Below are positions 1-11,172 of a stretch of 64,000 nt of DNA, piece by piece (within the stretch, counting starts at the first letter, position 1; each line of letters begins with the position of its first letter). This DNA comes from an uncultured Gemella sp. GTDB lineage: Bacteria; Bacillota; Bacilli; Staphylococcales; Gemellaceae. The position numbers and the translations under genes were made by a program. The notes beneath the pieces are model-generated. The model had not been told where the DNA came from. It ran no database searches and saw only the letters and a list, made by a program, of their open reading frames with translations. The stretch is taken from positions 1 through 64,000 of the forward strand of contig NZ_CAURJN010000005.1 in the NCBI RefSeq assembly GCF_963525165.1, written 5' to 3'.

Positions 1-57
1 TTTAAATCGTTTACTTCGTTGAAATAATTGATTTTGTCTTTCTTCAAGACTTTTACA

Positions 58-392
58 AGTTTATCATTTCTTTTATATTTTGTCAAGAAGTTTTCTATAA
101 TTTCTTAACATTCAATATTTTGAAATGTTTGATTGTTCGCCTTCTTCTTGAGAAGACTTTTACTATTTTATCATCTGTTTTAAAGCTTGTCAATAGTTTT
201 TATATTTTTTCAAAAACTATTTTACATAGTTTATTTTGATGAAATTATCTTTACAAGACAGTAATCATTTTAGCATTTCTATTATCTTTTGTCAAGCTTT
301 TTCTTAACATTAGTTATTTAGAAACTCTTTATTGTTCGTCTTCTCTATCAAAAGACTTTTATTATTCTATCATCACTTTCATATTATGTCAA
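58..392 (-). promoter_or_regulatory. Four tandem sigmaA promoters firing leftward out of the window (probably an rRNA/tRNA operon)
   Basis: Minus strand TTGACA-17bp-(TGn)-10 four times: -35 at 81-86, 188-193, 290-295, 387-392; -10 TAAACT 58-63, TAAAAT 165-170, TAAAAT 267-272, TAGAAT 364-369. The target gene is outside the window. Confidence 0.85.
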
Positions 393-508
393 CAAAATTT
401 TTAATTTATTTTCATTTTATTTTTCCACACCATCTAATACGCTAATTAAACCTTTATATAAGTAAGAAAGAGAGAATAGTTCCCTATCCTCTCCTTCTAT
501 TATTTCTA

Positions 509-1330
509 CTATATATTGTAAAAATCAAACACAGTAACTGGTAAGTTTCTCTTATGTTCTGATCTTAAATAATGTCCTTCTATTATTTCTTTTACATTAT
601 TAGGAACTTCTTTTCCTTCTAAGTAATCATCTATATCATTATAAGTTACTCCAAGTGCAACTTCATCTTCTAAAGCAGGACGATCTTCTTCTAAATCTGC
701 AGTTGGTTGTTTCAGATATAAGTGTTCTGGACAATCTAACATTTTTAATAATGCTTTCCCTTGTCTTTTATTTAATCTATATAGAGGTACTATATCTGCT
801 CCACCGTCTCCATGTTTTGTAAAGAATCCAGTGATAGCTTCTGCTGCATGGTCAGTACCAACTACTATACCTTTATTCATAGTAGCAATAGAATACTGAG
901 CTTTCATTCTTTCTCGTGCTTTCTCATTACCTTTCGCAAAATCAGTAATTTCCACACCTGCTACTTTTAAAGAATTTACACTAGCGTCTACTGCGTCTTT
1001 TATATTAACAGTAAATACTTTGTCCGGATTAATAAATTTTAATGCGTCGTTACAGTCATCTTCATCAAATTGTTGTCCATACGGTAGTCTAACGGCGATA
1101 AAATTATACTCTTCACCTGTCTCTTCCCTTAATTCAGTAATCGCCATTTGACATAGTTTACCGCAAAGCGTAGAATCTTGCCCACCTGATATACCTAATA
1201 CTAAACTCTTTATGAAGTTGTTTTTCTTTATATAATCTTTTAGAAAATTGATTGTTAATCTTACTTCCTCTTCTACATTAATTTCAGGTTTACATCTTAA
1301 TTTTTTTATTACTTCCTGTTGTAATGTCAT
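509..1330 (-). CDS. nadE: NH3-dependent NAD+ synthetase
   Basis: [12 protein letters not shown]-PPase motif, KARERM, GTDHAAE, PTADLE. Confidence 0.96.
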   Translation of the reverse strand: MTLQQEVIKKLRCKPEINVEEEVRLTINFLKDYIKKNNFIKSLVLGISGGQDSTLCGKLCQMAITELREETGEEYNFIAVRLPYGQQFDEDDCNDALKFINPDKVFTVNIKDAVDASVNSLKVAGVEITDFAKGNEKARERMKAQYSIATMNKGIVVGTDHAAEAITGFFTKHGDGGADIVPLYRLNKRQGKALLKMLDCPEHLYLKQPTADLEEDRPALEDEVALGVTYNDIDDYLEGKEVPNNVKEIIEGHYLRSEHKRNLPVTVFDFYNI

Positions 1331-1342
1331 ATTATCACCTAA

Positions 1343-2785
1343 TTATCTTGATTTTTTTGTTACTCTTTCCAATATTTCTTTTCTATTTTCCCAACACTTA
1401 GTACTTAAGTCTACTGGATAGAATTCTGGATTTAGTAAACGAAGATACTCACTCCATAATAATTCTTTATTTTGTTGGAAGTACTTAGCACTTTCTTGTA
1501 CTGTTGGAACTTCATATACTTGCTTACCATTAACAAAAATATCTTCATGGATATCTATTGCTTTAAAGTTCTCCACTTCCTTAGCTAAATATGTATGAGT
1601 CGGATGGAAAAGTTTTATACTCTGTTCTGCATTCACATTTTCATTCTCCAATGCAATGTAATCCCCTGCTGCCATACCTGTGTCTGTATTTATTATTCTA
1701 TAAACTCTTTTTACACCTGGAACAGTTAATTTTGCAGGATTTTCCGAGACTTTTAGCCTGTCAATCATCTCACCTTTATCATTTTCTAAACATGCAAGTT
1801 TATAAACAGCACCTAATGCAGGATTATCAAAAGCAGTTATAAGCTTTGTACCTACACCCCACGCATCAATACATGCACCCTCTTGTTTTAAGTGAGTAAT
1901 TGTATCTTCATCTAAATCATTTGAAGCTACTATTTTCGCATTAGGATAACCCGCTTCATCTAACATTTTTCTTGCTTCTTTTGATAGATATGCTATATCT
2001 CCTGAATCCAATCTAATACCATGGAAATTAATCTCATCTTTTAATTCATCCGCTACTTTAATAGCAGTAGGAATTCCAGAGCGCAATGTATCATAAGTAT
2101 CAACTAAGAAATAACAATCTTTATGCGCAGCTGCATATTTCTTAAATGCAACTTCTTCATCTTCATAAGCCTGAACAAATGAGTGAGCATGCGTTCCGCT
2201 ACATGGAATGTTAAACAATTTTGCAGCTTTTACGTTACTAGTAGCATCAAATCCACCGATAATAGAAGCTCGCGTTCCCCATATTGCCGCATCAAATTCA
2301 TGAGCACGACGAGTACCAAATTCCATACAAACTTCATCTGGACATAAGTGCTTGATTCTAGCAGCCTTCGTAGCTATTAATATTTGATAGTTAACAATAT
2401 TCAAAATAGCCGTTTCCATTATTTGCGCTTGAATAAGTGGAGCTTCAATTCTCAAGAGTGGCTCATTAGCAAAAATAATTTCTCCCTCTTTTACAGAACG
2501 AATATTACCTGTAAATTTCATAGCACTTAGATATTCTAAAAAGTCTTCTTCATATCCTAATTCACGTAAAAATTCTATATCAGAGTTTGAAAATTTAAAT
2601 GAATTTACATAATCTATAATTTTGGCTAGTCCAGCGAATACTGCATATCCTCCACCAAAAGGAATTTTTCTAAAATACACATCAAAATATGACTTTCTTT
2701 CATGTATTCCGTCTTTAAAATATGCATATCCCATATTAATTTGATAAAGGTCGGTATGCAAAGCATCACCTAGATATTTATTCAT
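1343..2785 (-). CDS. pncB: Nicotinate phosphoribosyltransferase
   Basis: HTDLYQ, EFGTRRAH, GTHAHS, LVDTYD, IRLDSGD; adjacent to nadE. Confidence 0.95.
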   Translation of the reverse strand: MNKYLGDALHTDLYQINMGYAYFKDGIHERKSYFDVYFRKIPFGGGYAVFAGLAKIIDYVNSFKFSNSDIEFLRELGYEEDFLEYLSAMKFTGNIRSVKEGEIIFANEPLLRIEAPLIQAQIMETAILNIVNYQILIATKAARIKHLCPDEVCMEFGTRRAHEFDAAIWGTRASIIGGFDATSNVKAAKLFNIPCSGTHAHSFVQAYEDEEVAFKKYAAAHKDCYFLVDTYDTLRSGIPTAIKVADELKDEINFHGIRLDSGDIAYLSKEARKMLDEAGYPNAKIVASNDLDEDTITHLKQEGACIDAWGVGTKLITAFDNPALGAVYKLACLENDKGEMIDRLKVSENPAKLTVPGVKRVYRIINTDTGMAAGDYIALENENVNAEQSIKLFHPTHTYLAKEVENFKAIDIHEDIFVNGKQVYEVPTVQESAKYFQQNKELLWSEYLRLLNPEFYPVDLSTKCWENRKEILERVTKKSR

Positions 2786-3028
2786 AATCTCCTCCGATTT
2801 ATGTATATAATTAAATTTATTACCTATTATATTAACATTTTAATACATTTTTAACAAATATTTAAACTTAAGTATTGTAAATTTAATACTAAAATCCCAT
2901 TTCGCTATACATTATCTTTTCTTTTATATTAATCATTTCTTATATTAATAGTCAGAAGTATTTTTTTATATAATAACATTTCAGAAATCTGTATCATATA
3001 AAAGTCTGAAAAAAGAAGCAACAGAACG

Positions 3029-3661
3029 TTATCCTCTGTTACTTCTCTGATTATTAGTGTTTGAATTTTTATTATTAGTTGCTCTTTGAGGTTGATTTCC
3101 CTCTTCTTTATCATCTTCCTTTTCAGATGAATTATCTTCTGTTCTTCTATCACTAGTTTTCTTAGCATTTTGTTTATCAGTATTTTTCTCTGATTCTTTT
3201 GTAGAAGCTGATTTTTTATCATCTTTTTTTGCTAGTTCAGGGATTTTACTATCATCAATTCTACCATTATTATCTCCAGATTTTTCTAAATTTCCATCCA
3301 TTATAGATTTTATCGTCGCTTGCAAGAAATTATCTTGTAATGGAATATTGAAAATCAACTCACCTTGATAGCTTAACCCATACTCCTGTCTTACCAAGTC
3401 CGTTATAAAGTATGGATCTTTTAGTTTATCTATAACTAACTCATTTACTTTATTTTCTTTATCAAGATTTTCAATCGTCTGATTTTGTTCAGCTAATTGA
3501 GCATTGATTTGTTTCTTATCTCGGATATATAAAAATGTTTGCAGTAAAGTTACAGCTAAAGCAAAGGTCATTATAGCTAATATAATAAACTTACGACGTT
3601 TTCTATACTTAGCTTTTGCTTTTAAGACGTCTTTTTTGAATTGACTATTCTGCTCTCTCAT
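3029..3661 (-). CDS. divIC: Septum formation initiator DivIC/FtsB family with long polar C-terminal tail
   Basis: Basic N-terminus, one TM segment, coiled coil, KLKDPYFITDLVRQEYGLSYQGE; follows yabO. Confidence 0.8.
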   Translation of the reverse strand: MREQNSQFKKDVLKAKAKYRKRRKFIILAIMTFALAVTLLQTFLYIRDKKQINAQLAEQNQTIENLDKENKVNELVIDKLKDPYFITDLVRQEYGLSYQGELIFNIPLQDNFLQATIKSIMDGNLEKSGDNNGRIDDSKIPELAKKDDKKSASTKESEKNTDKQNAKKTSDRRTEDNSSEKEDDKEEGNQPQRATNNKNSNTNNQRSNRG

Positions 3662-3923
3662 CTTCTACTTCTCTTGATTTTTCAGATAAGATTTTAAACA
3701 TTTTGGTTGCATCTTCTTTCTTAGTACTGTCTTTTAATTCTAATACTTCATATACAACTTCTTTCTTAGCAAAGTAAATAGTAATCTTATCTCCTATTTT
3801 TAAAGTGCTAGATGGCTTTGCCTTTTTATCATTAATCGCTATATGCCCTTCTGATGATATTTCATTAGCAACTGTTCTTCTTTTTATAATTCTTGATACT
3901 TTTAAAAATTTATCCAAACGCAT
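3645..3923 (-). CDS. yabO: S4-domain RNA-binding protein (YabO/RqcP, HslR family)
   Basis: MRLDKFLKVSRIIKRRT...AKPSS. Confidence 0.9.
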   Translation of the reverse strand: MRLDKFLKVSRIIKRRTVANEISSEGHIAINDKKAKPSSTLKIGDKITIYFAKKEVVYEVLELKDSTKKEDATKMFKILSEKSREVEDERAE

Positions 3924-4080
3924 TTAATCACCCCTAAATATTAGTACAATCTATTATCACATATTTAGCCTCTTTTCGCAAATAAAATCCACGATAATCT
4001 ATGAAATTTTGAAAACTTCTACCAAATAAAACAAAAGATATACAATCGAAATTTTTTTCAACCGTATATCTTATATATTA

Positions 4081-5310
4081 CTAAGCCCAGTTTCCGTCTT
4101 TGAAAATCGCTACTTCTTTACCATCTGCTGTATACCCAGTGATATTTGTTGTTGCTTCTCCAATCATAAAATCAACGTGAACTAAACTATCATTAGCACC
4201 AACTTCCGCTAATTGTTCATCAGTCATTTCTGGTCCACCTTGAACACATGTTGGATATGCTTTACCAAGAGCAATGTGGCATGCTGCGTTCTCATCAAAT
4301 AATGTTTCTAAGAATAGAATTTTTGTATTTGAGATTGGTGAATCATAAGGTACTAATGCCATTTCCCCTATTCTTCTTGAACCCTCATCAGTTTCTAATA
4401 AGTTTTTAAGAACATCATAACCACGATCAGCTCCGAAGTCTACGACTTTACCATCTTCAAATTTCAACCAGAAATTATCAATTAATACCCCACTATAGTT
4501 CAGAGGCTTAGCATTATAAACAATACCACTTGTCTCATCTTTATGAGGCATTGTAAATACCTCCTCTGTAGGGATGTTAGCTACGAAACGATCAGCTTTT
4601 TTAGCATAACTTCCTGCACTTTGCCAAATATGATTTTTAGGTAATCCTACATACAAATCAGTTCCTAAGTCATTTGTGATATGCAATTTAACTAATTCAT
4701 TTTCGTGTAAGAATTTTGCTTTTTCATCTAAAACTTTAATGTGTTCTTCCCATTCAGCTACAGGATCATCTCCAGTTGAACGACAAGCACTTAAGATTTG
4801 ATCCCAAAGTTTTAAGTAAGCCGCTTCATCGTTTAATTCAGGATATAATCTCTTCGCCCATCCAACAGTTGAAGCACTGACTACACACCATGGACATTCG
4901 TCACTCATAATTGATTTCATGTAGTTACGCATAGCTTTTGAACGACCTACCATAGACGCTTTTAATTTCGCACTATCTGCACCTGCTAATCCATCTGGAT
5001 CATCTCCGATAATAGATAAGAATGCTGCACCTTCATCTAATTCGTCTTGATACTTATCAATGTACCATTGACCAATCGTACTTAGAGTTTCTTCAGTTTG
5101 ATATTTTAAATGTAGTTTAGTTAATTCTTGATCACGCCACTCTACTGATACTCTTTTTGCTCCTAATTCATAGCAAGCTTCTACAACTTTCGCTACAAAC
5201 TCACGTGTTTCAGTACTAGCACGAACTAATACAGGTTGACCTTCTTGAACATTTAATCCAACTTTCGCGATAAGTTGGGCATATTTTTTTAATTGTATAT
5301 TTAAATCCAT
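4081..5310 (-). CDS. pepS: Aminopeptidase, M29 family (PepS/AmpS)
   Basis: NIPTEEVFT, IGEMALV, LFDENAACHIALG, HVDFMIG. Confidence 0.9.
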   Translation of the reverse strand: MDLNIQLKKYAQLIAKVGLNVQEGQPVLVRASTETREFVAKVVEACYELGAKRVSVEWRDQELTKLHLKYQTEETLSTIGQWYIDKYQDELDEGAAFLSIIGDDPDGLAGADSAKLKASMVGRSKAMRNYMKSIMSDECPWCVVSASTVGWAKRLYPELNDEAAYLKLWDQILSACRSTGDDPVAEWEEHIKVLDEKAKFLHENELVKLHITNDLGTDLYVGLPKNHIWQSAGSYAKKADRFVANIPTEEVFTMPHKDETSGIVYNAKPLNYSGVLIDNFWLKFEDGKVVDFGADRGYDVLKNLLETDEGSRRIGEMALVPYDSPISNTKILFLETLFDENAACHIALGKAYPTCVQGGPEMTDEQLAEVGANDSLVHVDFMIGEATTNITGYTADGKEVAIFKDGNWA

Positions 5311-5402
5311 TTGATTTCCCTCAACTTCTTTTCTTTATTTACTAATTATTTCTTTAATTGCACATAATCTATTATATCACTTTTTCTTAGAGAATATTAG
5401 TA

Positions 5403-5560
5403 GGGAGTGACTCAAAGATCATGATTTCTTAAGAAACAAGATTTTGTTGAGTCACCCTGCACAGTGTATTGATATCTAAAGCAAATTTAGATATCAATAC
5501 ACTGCGTCCATGAGTTCTCATATAAACTTTATTAAATTTTAGGACTTTTAGATTAGCCTC
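5403..5560 (+). repeat. MITE-like dispersed repeat, copy 1
   Basis: GGGAGTGACTCAAA...GAGTCACCC hairpin, GATATCTAAA...TTTAGATATC hairpin, CACTGCGTC.ATGAGTTCTCAT, ends AGGACTTTT...AGCCTC. Confidence 0.85.
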
Positions 5561-5567
5561 ATGAAAA

Positions 5568-7361
5568 TTAAACTTCTCTAGTTGCTTGTTTTAACCATTC
5601 TAACTCATCACCTTCAAAGTGTGGAGCTAATACTTCGAATACTTTCGCATGATATTTATTCAATTCATATTTATCTTCAATTGTAAGCATATCTAGATTA
5701 ATAGCATCTAAATCCCATGGTACAAATGTCATTACTTCAAATTCCATAAATTGACCATATTCATTTTTTACTGTTTTTCTAACAATAAGTTCATTCTCCA
5801 AACGAATACCATGAGAACCCGAGATATATAATCCCGGTTCATTAGTAACTACCATTCCGTGTTTAAATGGTTCAGCTGCACGATAGATTCCCCAGTGAAT
5901 ACCATGAGGTCCTTCATGAATATTACCTAAGTAACCTACACCATGACCTGTTCCATGGTTGAAGTTCTCATAATCTTGCCATAATGGAGCACGAGCGAAT
6001 AAGTCCACATTAGCTCCAGAAACACCTTCCATGAATTTTAATCTTGATAAACGAAGGTGACATTGAAGTACTCGTGTATAATCGTATTTTAATTTATCAC
6101 TAACTTCTCCCATTGCTGTAGTACGCGTAATATCAGTTGAACCTTCTTCAAAGTGTGCACCAGTATCTGTTAAGAAGAAAGTACCCGTACGTAACGGAAT
6201 AGAAGTTTCTTTAGAAGATGAATAGTGCACAATAGCTCCATTTTCACCATGACCGCAAATCGGAGAAAAACTTGGACAGATAAAGCCACCTTGCTCTTTT
6301 CTAAATTCTACAAGTTTCGCAGATGCCGAAAGTTCATCTTCTTGTTCACTCGTACCTTGTTTTACCAGTTGTTTTAACCAATAAATAAACTTCGTATGAG
6401 CAATACCATCTTTCACATGAGCTTTAATAGTATGCTGTAATTCAACCTCATTTTTTATAGCTTTCATTAAAATTGTCGGGTTACGTCTCTCCACTAGTGT
6501 TATCTCTTTTGGAATATTGTTAAACACTGCATAGTTTAAGCACTCTGGATCGACTAATACTACATCGTTACCTGAAAATTGTTTCACTTCTTCATAAATA
6601 TCATTATATGGCTTAATGTGTACATTATGGTCTGCCAAGTGTTTTTTGATTTCATCAGATAGTTTTCTCTCATCTACATATAAGTCAACACTATCTTCAT
6701 AAACAACTGCATAACTTAATAATACCGGTACATAATCAACATCCATACCACGAATATTTAATAACCATCCAATATCATCAAGCGTAGTTATAACATGGAT
6801 ATTTGCTCCTACTTCATGCATTTCTTTACGAACTCTCTCAAGCTTACTAGCTACAGATTCTCCAGCTCTTTCTAAACTCATATAAAATGCTGGTTCTTCT
6901 GATAGCGCCGGACGATTTTCCCAAACCTCATCAACTAAATCAACATCATATTTTACCGTAGCATTTTTACGTTTTAGTTTAGTAGCTAAGTCTTTCCCTT
7001 CACCAAAAGTCACAACACGACCATCAAATCCTAATACCCCATTCTCAGGTGTATTTTCGACAACAAACTCCTCAATAGTCGGAACTCCAGGTTCACGCAT
7101 TTTTTGCAACTCTATACCAGTTCCTTCTAATTGTTTTTCTCCTTGTAAGAAATATCTCCCATCTGTCCATAAACCTGCAAAATCCTTAGTAACAATTAAT
7201 GTCCCTGCAGAACCAGTAAATCCACTCATAAATGCACGAGCTTTAAAATGTTCTCCTACATATTCACTATTGTGAAAATCTGCTGTTGGAACCATATAGA
7301 TATCAATTCCATTTCTTTCCATTAATGCTCTTAACTTAGAAACTCTTTCTTTTATCTCCAT
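5568..7361 (-). CDS. Aminopeptidase P family (M24B), long form
   Basis: DFHNSEY, GFTGSAG, LWTDGRY, TDITRT, HGTGHGVG, NEPG, GIRLEN. Confidence 0.9.
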   Translation of the reverse strand: MEIKERVSKLRALMERNGIDIYMVPTADFHNSEYVGEHFKARAFMSGFTGSAGTLIVTKDFAGLWTDGRYFLQGEKQLEGTGIELQKMREPGVPTIEEFVVENTPENGVLGFDGRVVTFGEGKDLATKLKRKNATVKYDVDLVDEVWENRPALSEEPAFYMSLERAGESVASKLERVRKEMHEVGANIHVITTLDDIGWLLNIRGMDVDYVPVLLSYAVVYEDSVDLYVDERKLSDEIKKHLADHNVHIKPYNDIYEEVKQFSGNDVVLVDPECLNYAVFNNIPKEITLVERRNPTILMKAIKNEVELQHTIKAHVKDGIAHTKFIYWLKQLVKQGTSEQEDELSASAKLVEFRKEQGGFICPSFSPICGHGENGAIVHYSSSKETSIPLRTGTFFLTDTGAHFEEGSTDITRTTAMGEVSDKLKYDYTRVLQCHLRLSRLKFMEGVSGANVDLFARAPLWQDYENFNHGTGHGVGYLGNIHEGPHGIHWGIYRAAEPFKHGMVVTNEPGLYISGSHGIRLENELIVRKTVKNEYGQFMEFEVMTFVPWDLDAINLDMLTIEDKYELNKYHAKVFEVLAPHFEGDELEWLKQATREV

Positions 7362-7496
7362 TATCCTAACTCCTTCGTTATTTCATATATAACTTCTTTA
7401 TGAATTTTCTAACTAATCGTGAAAAACCTCATCGATAAATAATCCTCACAATTATCATACTTATCATTCTATCACATTATAATATACATTTCACTA

Positions 7497-7668
7497 GGGA
7501 GTGACTCAAAAATCATGATTTCGGAGAAATCGATTTTGTCGAGTCACCCCCGCACAGTTTATTAGATATCTAAAAAGCTTTTCTAAAGCGATTTTAGATA
7601 TCAATAAACCACTGCGTCTATGAGTTCTCATATGCACTTTATTAAAATTTAGGTCTTTTTTTGCCCCC
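7497..7668 (+). repeat. MITE-like dispersed repeat, copy 2
   Basis: Same architecture as 5403-5560. Confidence 0.85.
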
Positions 7669-7700
7669 TAGATTTTTAAAATTAGTTAATTTTTCAATAA

Positions 7701-7743
7701 AATAATGTAGACTATAGAATCAACATCTATAGTCTACATTATT
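7701..7743 (-). terminator. Intrinsic terminator after pip
   Basis: AATAATGTAGACTATAGA / TCTATAGTCTACATTATT inverted repeat. Confidence 0.65.
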
Positions 7744-7755
7744 TTATTATTATTA

Positions 7756-8718
7756 TTATTTTAATAAATCTTTGAAATAATCAGTTGCTTTTACCAATGA
7801 ATCCACTATCGCTGGTTCCCCTCCTGAGTGGCCAGCCACAACAATATCCAATTTACAATTATTTAACTTTTTACTTAATTCGTAAGCACCTACAACGCGA
7901 CAGTCAACATCATAGCGCCCATGAGTTATTGTTGTAGGAATATCTTTTATAACATCGATATTATTTAATATCCAATCATCGTCATTCCAGAACATATTAT
8001 TCATCCAAAAGTGGCATTCAATAGTCGCCATTGAAACGGCATAGTGGATATCACCAAAACTTTGTTCCAAGTTAGGGTCTGGATGAAGTGTAACAAGACT
8101 TCCTTCCCACATGCTCCACTCTCTTGCCGCGATTTCTCTCGTTTCCCTATCTTCACTTGTTAGACGGTTATAATACGCACGGACCATATCACGACGTTCA
8201 TCTCTAGGGATTATACTTTCATATCTCTCGAATGCTTCCGGTTGTATATTACTCGCACCACCTTTTTCATAAATCCATAATATATCCTCTCTACGCCCTA
8301 AGAAAATACCACGTAGTACTAAACCTAACACACGCTCTGGATGTTTAATAGCATAACAAAGAGCTAAGGTAGAACCCCAACTTCCACCAAATACTAGCCA
8401 TTTATCAACGTTTAAATCCTCCCTTATTTTCTCCATGTCATCAATAATATGCCAAGTATCATTATTCTCTAAGCATGCATGAGGCGTAGACTTTCCGCTT
8501 CCTCTTTGATCAAATAATATAATTCGATAAAATTCCGGATCAAAATATTGTCTACCACTTGCTGATGTTCCACAGCCTGGTCCACCATGTAAAAAAACTA
8601 CCGGAACACCTTGAGGATTCCCACTCTCCTCATAATAAATAGTATGAGTCTCATCAACCTTTAACATTTTAGAGAAATTTTCTTTAATCTCAGGATATAA
8701 ACTCCTTAATTCCCCCAT
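7756..8718 (-). CDS. pip: Proline iminopeptidase (S33)
   Basis: HGGPG, FDQRGSGKS, GGSWGS, LRGIFL, HGRYD. Confidence 0.93.
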   Translation of the reverse strand: MGELRSLYPEIKENFSKMLKVDETHTIYYEESGNPQGVPVVFLHGGPGCGTSASGRQYFDPEFYRIILFDQRGSGKSTPHACLENNDTWHIIDDMEKIREDLNVDKWLVFGGSWGSTLALCYAIKHPERVLGLVLRGIFLGRREDILWIYEKGGASNIQPEAFERYESIIPRDERRDMVRAYYNRLTSEDRETREIAAREWSMWEGSLVTLHPDPNLEQSFGDIHYAVSMATIECHFWMNNMFWNDDDWILNNIDVIKDIPTTITHGRYDVDCRVVGAYELSKKLNNCKLDIVVAGHSGGEPAIVDSLVKATDYFKDLLK

Positions 8719-8964
8719 AATAATACCTCCTGTTGTGTATTTGTTTACATTTTTTTGTATCGCATAACAGTGTTATTTTTCACTTCTTAAAATAACTTAA
8801 TTCACGATATTTATAATCCTCTTCTATTATATCTCAATATTTTTTAATATTCAATTACTTTCTTAAAATCTATAATAATCATCTATATAACAATTTTGCA
8901 ATCGATTAATATTAGTGATATAATTATATTAAAGATTATAATATAGTTAAAGGAGTCGAGAAAA

Positions 8965-10044
8965 GTGAAACTTTCAAGAACTAACAAGATTTTAGAAAAA
9001 ATGAAACAACAAGGAATCAACCAAGCTTTAATTAGCAATCCTTATTCAATTTTCTATCTAACGGAATACTTAGAGCATCCAGGTGAAAGATTTTTTGCAG
9101 TGCTACTTGATGAAAATGGTGATCACAAACTATTCATCAATGCTCTTTTCCCACTTGAAAAAGATTTAGGATTAGAAAAAGTAGTTTATTCTGATACTGA
9201 TAATCCTATTGAACTGCTAGCAAAAACCATACCAAATGGTTCTGTTATAGGTATAGATAAAGTCCTTCCTGCTCGATTCCTATTACCTCTTATGAATCAT
9301 CTACCAGAAAACAAATTTGTAGATGTATCTCAAATCGTCGATCGTGTTCGCATGATTAAAGATGATGAAGAAAAAGAACTTATGCGCCGTGCTTCTATTC
9401 TAAACGACGCGGCCTGCCAAAGAGTTATAAATAGTATTTCTGAAGAAAAATCAGAAAAAGATGTAGCTAAAGATTTACTTGCTATTCATGAAGAATTAAA
9501 AGTCGACGGATTATCATTCGATCCTATTATCGCTTATGGAGCTAACGGAGCTAATCCTCACGGTACTGTAGGAGATAGATATGTAAAGCCAGGAGACGCT
9601 ATAATTATCGATATGGGTGGAATTAAAGACAATTATTGTTCAGATATGACACGTACTGTATTTTGGAAACAACCAAGCGAAAAAGCACGTGAAGTATTTG
9701 AAATAGTATTAGAAGCTCAAAAACGAGGAGTTGCTGCTGTTAAACCAGGTCTTAGATTCTGCGATATAGACGCGGCTTGTCGTGATTACATTACAGAAAA
9801 AGGATATGGAGAATTCTTTACACATCGTACAGGCCATCACATCGGATTAGAATGTCATGAATATGGAGATATCTCTAGCATCAATGAAACTAAATGTGAG
9901 CCGGGTATGATTTTCTCTATCGAACCAGGTATTTATCTTCCAGGAGAATTCGGTGTTCGTATCGAAGACCTAGTTCTTGTTACGGAAGATGGTTGTGAAG
10001 TTTTAAACAAACTTAACAAAGAATTAGTTATTATCGGTGAATAA
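8965..10044 (+). CDS. pepQ: Xaa-Pro dipeptidase (prolidase, M24B)
   Basis: PGER, YCSDMTRT, HRTGHHIG, EPGIY, GVRIED; GTG start after AAGGAG. Confidence 0.85.
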   Translation: MKLSRTNKILEKMKQQGINQALISNPYSIFYLTEYLEHPGERFFAVLLDENGDHKLFINALFPLEKDLGLEKVVYSDTDNPIELLAKTIPNGSVIGIDKVLPARFLLPLMNHLPENKFVDVSQIVDRVRMIKDDEEKELMRRASILNDAACQRVINSISEEKSEKDVAKDLLAIHEELKVDGLSFDPIIAYGANGANPHGTVGDRYVKPGDAIIIDMGGIKDNYCSDMTRTVFWKQPSEKAREVFEIVLEAQKRGVAAVKPGLRFCDIDAACRDYITEKGYGEFFTHRTGHHIGLECHEYGDISSINETKCEPGMIFSIEPGIYLPGEFGVRIEDLVLVTEDGCEVLNKLNKELVIIGE

Positions 10045-10089
10045 CTAATTATATTAAATTAATATGTTCATATTTACTCTTTCTTTATA

Positions 10090-10127
10090 AAAACAGACGA
10101 TTGAAATTATGGTCAATCGTCTGTTTT
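10090..10127. terminator. Bidirectional intrinsic terminator
   Basis: AAAACAGACGATTGA / TCAATCGTCTGTTTT between convergent genes. Confidence 0.75.
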
Positions 10128-10131
10128 GTTT

Positions 10132-11058
10132 TTATTCAAAATGTTTCTTTAGAAACTCTCCTACAATATTCCAATATTGTTCTCTGAATTTTCTTTCAGC
10201 CTGAACATGTTTCATTCCTGGAAAACTATGAAATTCTTTATCTGAAGTTATTAGATCATAAGCAGCTTTCCCATGTTCTAACGGAACAAAACCATCTTCT
10301 TCACCATGTAGTACTAAGGCTGGAAGTTTAGTTTCTTTCAAAGCTTTTGTTGCATCTACATCACCAAAGAAATATCCAGCTCTTATCTTCGTCACCGTAT
10401 TTGCCGCCGGAATTACAGGGAAACTCGGTAAATTAAATAATTTTTTCAACTGATATGTGAATTCTACTTTTAAATTCACATAACCACTATCTTCAATAAA
10501 AGTTTTTACGTTAGATGGTAAATCCTTACCTACTGCGTTCATTACTGTAGCTGCCCCCATGCTGATTCCGAATAATGCAGTATCAGCATTATTATTTTCT
10601 GATGATATTTTCTTTACCCAATTAACTAAATCATCAGAGTCGTAACCACCCATAGAAATAAACTCACCTTCACTATTACCGTGAGCTATTAAATCTGGTG
10701 CGAAAACACTATAACCCATATCATAGAATTTCTTGATATAATTAACCATTTTCTTAGCATCACTAGTGTATCCGTGTACTACAAATATCCATTTTTTAGC
10801 ATCCGGATTAACGAATTTATATCCTACAAGTTTATTTTTAGTAACAGACTCCATCTCAACAGTTTGCTTCATTTCATCAAACCACTTGTTTAAAGCTGTT
10901 TTATCTTCTTTACTTCCATCACTATCTTGATTAACAATCGCACTCTTATCTACCTTCGGATTCAATCCAAAGTTATAAAAATAATTTCCAACAAAACCAA
11001 ACGCAACAACTACTAAAATCAGCAGTGTCGCTAATATTTTTTTAAAATGTTTTTTCAC
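10132..11058 (-). CDS. Membrane-anchored alpha/beta hydrolase (YqkD-like)
   Basis: N-terminal TM segment, HGY, GISMG nucleophile elbow, HGEEDGFVP, catalytic His region. Confidence 0.85.
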   Translation of the reverse strand: MKKHFKKILATLLILVVVAFGFVGNYFYNFGLNPKVDKSAIVNQDSDGSKEDKTALNKWFDEMKQTVEMESVTKNKLVGYKFVNPDAKKWIFVVHGYTSDAKKMVNYIKKFYDMGYSVFAPDLIAHGNSEGEFISMGGYDSDDLVNWVKKISSENNNADTALFGISMGAATVMNAVGKDLPSNVKTFIEDSGYVNLKVEFTYQLKKLFNLPSFPVIPAANTVTKIRAGYFFGDVDATKALKETKLPALVLHGEEDGFVPLEHGKAAYDLITSDKEFHSFPGMKHVQAERKFREQYWNIVGEFLKKHFE

Positions 11059-11172
11059 TTTTCTTTACCTTTCATCTTTAAATTCAATAAAACTATTATA
11101 CTATCACTTTTAATAAAAGTAAACAAAAAATAACACTAATAGAGACTTAAGATATCTCTATTAGTGTTATTT

